A stretch of 64,000 bases of DNA from Lama glama (taxonomy: Eukaryota). Each line of letters begins with the position of its first letter. Position 1 is the first letter of the stretch. A model generated the notes under the pieces. The model saw only the letters and a program-made list of their open reading frames with translations, was not told the DNA's origin and made no database searches. The position numbers and the translations under genes are program-made. The stretch spans positions 20,152,001 through 20,216,000 of the forward strand of contig CM052816.1 in the NCBI GenBank assembly GCA_028534125.1, read 5' to 3'. This document shows, in pieces, positions 11,331-21,787 of the stretch.

Positions 11331-13044
11331 TTAAGTATTCCTTTCCTTAGAAACGTTACACTGTGAACCAAGATTTAAAGGCTTTCTTGAGAAATGAGGA
11401 AATCTGTAAACCAGAGCCTGATACTTAGGGGGAACAAATCAGCTAATAAGAAATTATAATGATTAAGCAATATCTTGTTTAGTAGTCCCTTTTTTACTTC
11501 AGGCCAAAACACAGTCCTGCTTTTTCTCTCTAAATCTGTTTGAGTTCAGATGAAAAGCAGTGTGAACAGAGTAGTGTAGACTTACTTGGCAGCAGAGGCT
11601 CTCTAGCCATACATGCCTCTACTACAGTGCTGTGGTGACTTACTTGGGTTTCCCCAGCAGCACTGAGGGCGGGGAACTGGACTACCCTCCCAGAGGTGTT
11701 TCTAAGTCTGTGGAGAACTGTGGTCCATTTTCCCAAGGCCCTTTTATTGCTAGTAAAATATAATGAGGATTTCTCTGGTTGATAGTGATACTCCTGTTCC
11801 TAAGGTACTAAAGTAGCATGGTTATTTCCTGCTGGAATGCTTGGCGTATGTATAGTTGGTAAGTGTGGTTTCAGAAAAAAACTTTTACCCCTAAGAGATG
11901 ATGGAAAATCTTGTAATCAGTGGGTAAGCGAGAGGGAGTGTAGACTGTTAAGGTGTCCTCTTGTGTCTGTTTTTATTTGTTAGGGGGCCATAAGCATTGC
12001 TCCAACTATCCTGGGACATTTTAGGGAATCTTTTTTTTTAATTATGTTTTTGTATGCATCAGCTTTTTTTTTTTGTATGCATCAGTTTTAAATTCAGATT
12101 GTTCTCTACTGAAGATAAATGAAAACTAACATATATGTTTTTAATAGGGAAGTAGCTCCATTGCAGTACAGTGTAGTATTTGCAAAACTTTGGGTAATAA
12201 ATGTCTTTTTAGTAAGCATGCCTTATGGTAGAATGATTTCAAAGTACTTACTCTTGTAATAAGAAAATTAAAGACTAGCTAGAATGTATTGAGTTCCATA
12301 CTTCAACCAAGTGTAGAAAGTTAGTAAGTTACCATATCAGATTTTTAAAAACTTGTCCTTATTAGGGTTCTTAAAATTTCATTGCTTGGGTATATTCTTG
12401 GCAATCTATAAGACTGCATAAATTTTATGTTTTTGTTTTGATAAAGTTAAAAAAATTAATGTAAGCATTATTTTGAATCATAGGATACTTTATGATCACA
12501 GGATCACTTTATGACCAAGTCTTGCCATGTTACTTCAAAAGTGCCTACTTACTACATTTGTCATTGTATTGCTCCCAGCTGTGGCCTAAATTTATTTAAT
12601 GTGTAATGTATTTAATTTTTAAGGCATGTTTTGCAGTCCAATATGTGAATGAATTCTCAGGGTCTTGTGCATTCTTGTTTGAGAAATATTGATATAATTT
12701 ATTTTAAGGCAGTTTTTTTTGAAAGAACCAGTAGAAGAGAATTAAATTTAAAATTTTTTATTTTTAAAATGTTAAGTTTTAACTAGAGAGGTAGTATAAA
12801 ATAGGAAAGAGTAGGAATGGAACATATATTTAGAAGTCTAAAGTTTATATATATATAAGCTCAAACAATTAAATCCGTAAAGTCAAAGTTACCACTTTGT
12901 TCAGAATACTCTTGATATCTGAATGGATCAAATTCTGTGATTTGAAGGAGTGGAGGTCCAGGAGGTTAATCTAATTTGCATTAAACATTTCAGATGAATT
13001 CTTAGTTTGTTTTCTTGTATGTAACTTCTAAGCTTTTACTCCTT

Positions 13045-13160
13045 TTTAAGTTAAATTAAATTTTTTTTTTTGTAATGGAGGTACTGGGAATTGAACCCAG
13101 GACTTCGCACATGGCTAAGCATATGCTCTACCATTGAGGTATACTGCTCCCCCCCCCCCC
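13045..13160 (-). mobile_element. tRNA-Ala-derived camelid SINE
   Basis: ggaggtactgggaattgaacccaggac...ctctaccattgaggtatac. Imperfect TSD agcttttactcctt / agttttcactcctt. Confidence 0.88.
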
Positions 13161-13409
13161 AGTTTTCACTCCTTGAACAATATTAATTCTGCTCCTACTT
13201 AATGGTAGGTATTGGAGTTACAACAACAAATAGGGTGACGTTGGAGGTAGCCTTAGAAGAGTAAGTAGGGTTTTACCTGGCTGAGAACTATGGGAAAGGC
13301 TTTTCAGAGGGTGTTGTAGGTGCAAAAATGCTACTTGGGAAGCAGTGTAGGATTTGTGATGAAAGTTGGGTCAAGAGAATATTTAGTAAATTTTTTTTGG
13401 ATATTTAGT

Positions 13410-13865
13410 AAATATTAACTGAATGCCTGCTGTCTAAGTTGGCAGTGGGGATTAGTTAGTAAGATTAGTGAGAGGTAATAGCATTGAGATAATGGGGACC
13501 AGATTATATAGGCTCTCACAGGCTTTGTAAAGTCTTTGAATTTCACTTTTGAGAGAAATAGAGAGCTACTAGATGGTTTTAAGCAGAGTAGAGCATCTTA
13601 AGTTTTTACAGGATGACTCTGGCTGTTTTGTTGACCTTGGACACTAGGGGTTAGGGTAGAAGCAAGCAGATTATTGAGAAGGCTACTGTAGTAATCCAGG
13701 TGAGATGAAGGTGGTTTGGACTAGGCAGCAGTGGTGGACAGTGAAAACTCTTCAAATTCTGCATGTATCTTGAAGGTAGAGTAACATTGGATGTGGGGTG
13801 TTAAAATGATGATGTGAAGGCTTTTGGCTTGAGTGACAGAAAAATAAAGTGGCCATTAACCGAAA
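13410..13865 (-). mobile_element. L2 fragment (continues at ~16400-16690 beyond the L1 insertion)
   Basis: L2-typical gtaatccaggtgagatgaaggtggtttggactagg and ggatgactctggctg. Confidence 0.65.
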
Positions 13866-13944
13866 AGGAGATTGTAAATAGAACATTTTTGTTTTGTTTT
13901 CTTTCTTTCTTTTTTCTTTTTGGAGTGGGGAGTAAAAATGCATT

Positions 13945-16390
13945 TCTTTAAACTTTTAATTCTGAAATAATTGTAGATTCATTTGCAGTTGTAAGGAATA
14001 ATACAGAGATTGTGTGCTCTTTACCCAGTTTTTCCCATTGGTAACATCCTGCAAAACTATAGAGTAATGCCACAACTGAGATACTGACTTTAATAGTCAA
14101 GATACAGAGCATTTCCTTCACCATAAGGACCTTTCCTGTTGCTCTTTTACAGTCACCCACACTTCCCTTTTATCCCTACTTCCTCCTGAAATCCCTGCAA
14201 CCACTTGTCTTTTTTATTTCTGTAATTTCATCAGTTTGTGAATATGATATAAATGGAATCATATGGCGTGCAACTTTTTGGGATTAGCTTTTTTTACCTA
14301 GCATAATTCTTGGGAGATTCATCCAAGTTGTTTCGTGTGTCAGTATCTTGTTCCTTTTTATTGCTGAGTGATATTCTATGGTATGGATGTACTACACTTT
14401 GTTTAACCATTCATTCTTTGAAGGATATCTGGTATATTTCCAGTTTTTGGCTGTTATGAATAAGACCGTTCTAAACATTTATGTACAGATTTTTCTGTGA
14501 ACATAAGTTTTCATTTCTCTGGGATAAATGCCCAGGACTGTAATTGCTGGGTCATATGGGAGTTGCACATTTAATTTTTAAGGAACTGCCAAACTGTTTT
14601 CTGGAATGGTTGTCTTATTTTACATCACCACCAGCAACATATGAGTGATCTTGTTTCTCTGCGTCCTTGCCAATATTTGGTATTTTCATTATTTTTATTT
14701 TAGCCATTCTGATAGGTGTGCAGTGATATCTCATTGAGGTTTTAAGTTGCTTTTCCCTAATGGTTAACATCTTTACATGTGCTTATTTACCATCTGTATA
14801 TACTTTGTGGTGAAATGTCTCTGAGTTTTGCCTATGTTCTAATTAGATTGTTTGCTTTTTCACTTTTGAGTTTTCAGTGTTCTTTATGTATTCTAGATAT
14901 AGTCTTTTGTTAGGTATGGGGCTTACAGATATTTCTCCCACTTTGTAGTTTGTCTTTTCATCCTCACAGGAAGGTCTTTAATTGAACAGAGTTATAAAAT
15001 TTTGATGGAATCCAATTTATGAATTTTTCTTTTGTGTATTGTGTTTTTGATGTCAGGTCTAAGAATTGTTGCCTAGCCCTAGATTCTGAAGATTTTGTCT
15101 TGTGCCTTTTTCTAAAATCTTTATTGTTTTACATTTTACATTTAAATTTGTGATCCATTTTTAGTTAATTTTTGTAAAAGGTGTGAGACTTAGGTTGAGC
15201 TTCATTTAGCTTGTTAATATGGTGGATTGCATTGATTTTTGAATATTGAGCAAGTCTTGCTTGCATCCCTGGAATAAATAAACCTCACTGATCATAGAAT
15301 TCATTCTATTTACTTATTGCTGATTTCTCTTTGCTAATATTTTGTTAAGAATTTTTTGCATCTGGGTTCATGAAAGATATCAGTCTGTAGTTTCCTTTTC
15401 CTGTATTATCTTTGGCTTTGGTATGAGGATAATAATATTAGCTTTATAAAATGAATTGTAAAGTGTTCTCTGCCTTCAGTTTTGTGTAAGAGATTGTGTA
15501 GAATTGGTGTTAATTCTTCATTAAACATTTGGTAGAATTCTTCAGGGAAACCTGAAGATTTATTTTTTGGGAGTTTTAAAATTAAGATTCAATTTTCTAA
15601 ATAGTTACGGGGCTATGCAAATTATGTATTTCATATGGGGTAAGTTGCAGCAGTTTGTTCAGTTTTAGTTGGCTTTTTATGACATTGCTGTGGTGGAGGA
15701 GGTGGGGGTTGCTGCACATTACTGCCAGGAGAAGATAGAAATCTAGTGTTTCCACTTGATTTGTGTTGACTCTCGAAGGGTGGTGGTGGTTCTGTTAGTT
15801 CTGGGCCGGGGTAGGAGTTTTGGCTCCCCTCATGGTCTTCACTGACACAATGGTGGGAGCGGTCTCATTACTGCTGGGCCATGATTGAAGTCTTGACTCT
15901 CCACTAGGGCTTCTCTGACACCATCCTATTGTGGAGAGGAAGTACCTCGTTATAGCTTGGTGAGGGTGGAAATCTACACTCCCCACCCAGCCTTTGCTCG
16001 TGTAGGTGTGATTGGAACTACAGTTTTTTCTGTTTGCTTGGAGTAGAGCATTTGCTGTCTAAAAGTTTTCTTTCTAGCTAGGATGCCTCTCTCATCTTCT
16101 GGCAAGAGAGAGCAGGCTTTTTTGCTGGCTCTTTTTGTCCATACCCCTGGGTGTTTCCAGGTTGCTGCTGGCTTCTTCAGCTCCACGTCTGGAATACATG
16201 AAGTAAATAGAAAATCCAGAAAAGTCACCACTGGGTTGTTTTTTAGGTCCTGAGGTCTCTAACCACTCTGCCTTATCCTCTCCACCTTTCAGAAAGCCTT
16301 CTTATGTTATTTTATAAGTCATAGGTAGGGTTTTTAGTTGTTTTTAGTGGGAAGAATAGGGAAAAATAGATCTATTCCATCTTCCTGGAA
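13945..16390 (-). mobile_element. Ancient L1 (L1MC-like): 3' end, ORF2 remnants and a probable 5' end segment
   Basis: L1MC-type 3' terminus at 13945, ORF2-like sequence to ~15650, and an L1M 5'-end-like block ending tattccatcttcctggaa. Confidence 0.75.
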
Positions 16391-17088
16391 GACAAAATAA
16401 GAATTCATTTTGAACACGTTGATTTGAATGACAGACATTAAGGAGGATATCAGGTAGACAATTGGATTTATGAGTCTAGATTTCTGGTTGTTCATGGAAG
16501 TTCTCTTTTGATGGCTTCATTTTTCTCAGAGAATTTAGAAAGTGGTGATAGCATTGAAAATGAGGACAACAGGTGTTGGAAGTTTGAGTACAGAGGAAAA
16601 TGTGAATGGTCTCCTAAGGGAATAGGAGGGTGAAGGGACTAGGAAAATACAGTATAATTGTTGACAGCATTACATGCATATCTGAATTTTGGGTGTTGAA
16701 TTTACAATTGAATAAAAAATGAAAAAAAAAAGAAATAAAAAATGAATTATCTACTAGATACCAGTGGCCTTTCCAGACAGTAACAACTTAAGCAGCATTA
16801 GAGACCTACTGCGTTACATAGCCTGCCATCGTAAGAAAAAGAAGAGAGAATAGAGAGGGGTCTGACTTTAGGTCACAGTGGCAAAGTCCACACAGAGCTT
16901 GTACCCCCTTATTTTCATTTCACAGAGGTTGGACCTCAGCAATCCTTGCCTGGACTCCACTTCATCCCCAGAACAGAAAAAGAGGTGGCTGATCCTAGCT
17001 TAGTGAAAAATTTAGGTGTATGTGCTTCTAGCTTGGTGGAGAAAAATTTAGAGATTTCAGTTTAATGTACTTTATTCACTTATTTTAG

Positions 17089-17615
17089 CTGTATCACAAA
17101 CTGATTGGCTGAACCAGACTGTACTCAAGGAAGATGTTTCTGCTCCAAGTATGAATACTTTAACACATGAGAACCAAACCAAACCTTCTATTTCCCAAAT
17201 CAGCACCACTCTCCCTCCCACAACTAGTACAGAAAAAAGTGGAGTGGCATCTGTGTCCCCTCATCCCTCGCCTACTATTTCTCTGTCCCAAGAGGAAGCT
17301 GATAACAATGAAGATCCTAACATAGAGGAGGAGGATCTCCTCACACTGAATAGTTCTCCGTCCACCGCCAAAGAAACTCTGGACAATGGAGATTATGGAG
17401 AACCAGACTATGACTGGACCACCAGCCCCAGGGACGATGAGTCAAATGAAGCCTTGGAAGAAAACAGGGGCTACATGGAAATTGAACAGTCAGTGAGATC
17501 TTTTAAGAACCCACCCTCAAATATAGAAGAGGAAGATAGCCATTTCTTTTTCCATCTTATTATTTTTGCCTTTTGCATTGCAGTTGTTTATATTACATAT
17601 CACAACAAAAGGAAG
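17089..17615 (+). CDS. C5orf15: C5orf15 coding exon 2: mucin-like/acidic ectodomain and transmembrane helix
   Basis: tattttAG acceptor and AAG|GTaagt donor, 527 bp, in frame with exon 1. Encodes ...[22 protein letters not shown]...[30 protein letters not shown]. Confidence 0.97.
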
Positions 17616-18109
17616 GTAAGTTTGGGATTTTCAGCCCCTCTAGTTGCCCTCTGTTATTTCAGTCATATTTCTTATTAATGCTTTTGATGATTCAGAGTTT
17701 TTTTTTTAGTCAGATTTCAAGTAATGGTAAAATATTCAGATGTCTGATCAGTTTATAAATCTGTGGTATATTTTAAAAAATGACAGAATGCTTTACTACA
17801 TGTGCTTCTAAAAAAAAGAAGCCAAATTATTTTTATTGAGCAAAACCAAAGCCCAGTGATTTTTTTAAAAAAAGGTTTTATATCTTAATTAGCATTGCTA
17901 GTTCAGTGGGAATACTTGTGGAGAAAGATTGTTAATTTAGTACTTTTAATTTTTTTAAGCATGGAACTTAATGATATTTTAATAACTTTTCCCCCTGTTG
18001 TACGAGTGTTGTATGTCTATTTTAGGGAATTCAGAAAACACAGGGAAATATAGAAAAGAAAACTTAAGCTACTACCAAAGCTGAGCATTATTAACATTTT
18101 GGTGTATTT

Positions 18110-18355
18110 CTGGTCTGTAAATGTGTGTATAATTCAGACATATGTGAGTGTTAATTTCTAAATGAATTTAATTTCATATAGTTTTGTACCTGTACAGATC
18201 ATGAGTATTTTTCATATCATTAATATTCTTTAAAAACATGATTTAATAGCTACATAATTTATTTAGCTATTTTCCTGTTGAGTATTTAGATCGTTTCCAG
18301 TTTTGGTTCAGAAATAATATTGTGATGAACAATTCTGTGCTGGAATTGGTTTGTC
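18110..18355 (+). repeat. Copy 1 of a ~250 bp local direct duplication (decayed L1ME-like sequence)
   Basis: Colinear with 21529-21787; shared blocks include atgtgtgtataattcagacatat and atttaatagctacataatttatttagct. Confidence 0.85.
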
Positions 18356-19032
18356 CTTTTTTTTTTTTTTTTTTTAAGGAAAACACGATGTCCTTTTTAA
18401 TACTTAGTGGCCAGGAAATCTCATTTCTTGACTTTATTACAACTTGCTTTGTGATTCCTGGCAAGTCACCTTCCCCTTTGGGACCTTGATTTTCTCACCT
18501 GAGAAATGATAGAAGTGGATCAGATACTTTCAGAATGCCTTCCAGTTTTGGGAATCAGTGATTCTAATATCTTGTTTGTGGTTTTGAGTTAGAAAACAAG
18601 CAAACAAACAGATTCTTTTGGTTATTTGTGGTTTAGTGGCTTATCACTAGCTCTATAAATATTTGTAGGTGGACAAAAATTTGAATGCCACTGATATTCT
18701 ATCCCAGTGTTTAGTGTTGGGCCATCTCTATTTTAAAGACTTAAGGGACTTGTTAAACAGGTAGGTTCCTGGGCTCCACTGCACTCTATTAACTCATCTC
18801 TGAAGATTGGGGCCAGGAATCAGTCCTTAACAAGTACCCCTATGTACATGAAATTTTGAGAAGCACCATTTTACCTTGTTTACAAGATGGAAAACAAAAT
18901 AGCCCTTTTATTGTTGATATTTTACTTTTGTATTTGGTAACCTAGGAAAGAGATACTTCACTTGTTATGAAAACGTTTAGTGTATCCTCTATTTTCTCTT
19001 TTGCAAATCTAATTTATTTTGTTTTATTCCAG

Positions 19033-19164
19033 ATTTTCCTTCTGGTTCAAAGCAGAAAATGGCGTGATGGTTTTTGTTCCAAAACAGTGGAATATCATCG
19101 TCTAGACCAGAATGTTAATGAAGCAATGCCTTCTCTGAAGATTACCAATGATTATATATTTTAA
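19033..19164 (+). CDS. C5orf15: C5orf15 coding exon 3, cytoplasmic tail
   Basis: ttttattccAG acceptor. Encodes [43 protein letters not shown] then stop. The three exons total 798 nt = 265 aa. Confidence 0.97.
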   Translation: MFLLVQSRKWRDGFCSKTVEYHRLDQNVNEAMPSLKITNDYIF

Positions 19165-20500
19165 AGCACTGTGATTTGAATTTGCTTATTATGTAATTTT
19201 ATTTGCTTGACTTTTTATATGATATTGTGCAGATGTTTGCCATTGGCAGTTAGTACTTAAATGAGAGGTGAGCCTCTCTTTATTTTGCATCGGTGCTTTG
19301 GAAATTAAGTATCACAAACAAGGAGTATATAATTTTTTATCTACATTTTTAGAGGTGAATTCAATCAGGTGGCCAAAATGTGGAGCTAAGCATTACCCGT
19401 TAGTTTTTATTGTTTTAGATTTCTTTATTATACTTCTTCTGGAAGTGTTAGTAATACTACTTTTAAGAGATCCCAAACTTGTAATAAATTCTAACATATC
19501 TGATATTGCTGACTCAGCTTCTCTTTCCACCATCCAAATCCTATTTCTTAAGCACACATTTCTTTGTGCTCCCAAACGGTAGTCTGTAAGGATGTATGTA
19601 ATAATACCTTGCGTATACGTTTTTTTTCTTCCAGGAAAATTGCTTTGAATATTTTTGGATAATTTATACATAATTTATTATTGCTCATTCTGACCACAAT
19701 TTTAGGTAACATTTTAATAAATATGTCTAGAAATTCTGGCAATAGAGACTTTGCAATTTACAGTGGACATAGATAAAATGTTATAGAGATAGCATTTTTT
19801 GTTTGAATTACTGAATTAAATTTAGAGGTAGAAATTATGGTAAAATATTAAATATGTGTACAATTGCTTTTAGTTAGCAATTGATTGTAGCACGGTTTCC
19901 TCCAAGCTTTCAAGTAAGGGGCAGAGTTTAAAATTATATATGTTCACTTGTTTATTATTTTATAGGAAGTTTGAATAAATCTTAGGGGCCATTATCACTT
20001 AAGTAATACTACATCTAGGTCTTTCAAATTAAAATTATATCTGAATGAGGTTGTTTGTATACATAAAGGTTATATGTGTACACTGACTCTCCCCTTGTAG
20101 TTTTTAAATTGTTTTTTAATAGCAACTGGAAATTATTTACTGTTACTTCATTTTACCCTTTCTGTCATAAGCAGTTGATCAGTATGTAGATATGTGATCT
20201 GAACCATGTTTGACTTACAGGAATCACCACAACATTTTAGAAAATGTAATGCCTAATATGTTAAATACCATTCATGAAGCCTGAGTGAACCAGTGGGCAT
20301 GTGCTTTGTATAGAGATGGAAGAGGTAGGGCAGTTCATCATTTCTCTTGGGTGGGCAATTTACTGTTATAAGGAAGGGAAGCACAATGGAAATACACCTG
20401 AACTGTTTTATTGCAGTAATTTTTTTCATATCTGAAATTGTATTATTTAATATTTTGAATAAGATTTTAAAAAATAAATGGCAAAGGTATAAATCCATGT
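19165..20500 (+). other. C5orf15: C5orf15 3' UTR with alternative polyA signals
   Basis: AU-rich unique sequence. AATAAA at 19716, 19974 and 20473; the last is followed by GU/U-rich sequence. Confidence 0.75.
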
Positions 20501-20600
20501 TTTATAAATGTGTTTCATTTTAATGGCATGTGGTCCTTCATGTGGGTGGTGACAGATGGGTAGTGCTTTGAGAAGAAGCTAAGCTGATTAGCTTGCTTTT

Positions 20601-21164
20601 TTTTTTTTTTTTTAATTGAGTTATAGTCAGTTTACAATGTTGTGTCAAGTTTCTGGTGTACAGCACATTTTTTTAGTCATACATGATTATACATATATTC
20701 ATTGTCACATTCTTTTTCATTGTGAGCTACTACAAGATCTTGAATATATTTCCCTGTCCTATGCAATATAAACTTGTTTTATCTATTCTGTATATACCTG
20801 TCAGTATCTACAAGTCTCAAACTCCCTGTCTGTCCCTTCCCACCACACCCCCACTGGCAACCACAAGTTTGTATTCTATATCTGTGAGTCTCTTTCTGTT
20901 TTATATTTAAGTTCATTTGTCTTTTTTTTTTTATTTTAGATTCCACATATGAGCGATATCATATGGTATTTTTCTTTCTCTTTCTGGCTTATTTCACTTA
21001 GAATGACATTCTCCAGGGACATCCATGTTGCTGCAAATGACATCATGCCTTTTTAATGGCTGAATAGTATTCTTTTATATAAATATACTACAACTTCTTT
21101 ATCTAGTCATCTGTTGATGGACATTTAGGTTGTTTCCATGTCTTGGGTATTGTAAATAGTGCTG
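20601..21164 (-). mobile_element. 5'-truncated camelid L1
   Basis: Poly-T, L1 3' UTR and ORF2 end. 16-bp TSD tgattagcttgctttt at 20585-20600 and 21165-21180. Confidence 0.92.
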
Positions 21165-21528
21165 TGATTAGCTTGCTTTTGTTCCTTTTTAGCAATAGAA
21201 CTCTGCTTCTATGAATTCCTTGTACATTTCTCAGTCCTACTTTAGGTCCAGTTTACTGCTGGGTACTAAAATTTGTTGAAAACTGTAGCAAAGTAAGATT
21301 GCAAAGAAAAGTAAAGTAGCTACATCAACGTGTGCTTCTAGCATCCTGGCTTCCCCATCCTGGAGGATCATCCCCACTTTAGTGGATCTGGGGTTCTTGG
21401 GTGCTTCCTAATGGCAATTTTTGCTACTTGTGTCCCAGTGCTCCAATCAGGTAGTCCCTGACTTTTGGAGCATCAGATTGTACATTGATTAAAAATGGTG
21501 CCAGATTCTTACAGAGGCCCCCAAGCCA

Positions 21529-21787
21529 CTGGTCTATACATGTGTGTATAATTCAGACATATATGTGTATGTTAATAAATTTTAAATGCATTTGGTTTCA
21601 TTTAGTGTTTTGTATCTTGCTTCTTACCTAACAGATCATGAGCATTTTCTACATTATTAATATTCTTTAAAAATATTTAATAGCTACATAATTTATTTAG
21701 CTGTTTTCCTTTTGAATGTTTAGATGATCTCAAATTTTTGGTTTGGAAATAGTATTGTGAACATTTTGGTACTGGAATCAATTTGTT
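21529..21787 (+). repeat. Copy 2 of the local direct duplication
   Basis: Colinear with 18110-18355. Confidence 0.85.

Noticed and set aside
16711..16746. aataaaaaatgaa repeated around an A-run (possible solitary poly-A insertion)
   Set aside because: The repeat is itself A-rich, so replication slippage explains it equally well.
16775..17000. Unique-looking intronic block upstream of C5orf15 exon 2 as a possible snoRNA or ncRNA
   Set aside because: No convincing C/D or H/ACA box arrangement or terminal stem seen by eye; an Infernal/Rfam scan would be needed.
17616..17678. Read-through of the exon 2 donor giving an alternative hydrophobic C-terminus ([20 protein letters not shown])
   Set aside because: The donor AAG|GTAAGT is a perfect consensus, and the sequence gives no sign of intron retention or a nearby intronic polyA site.
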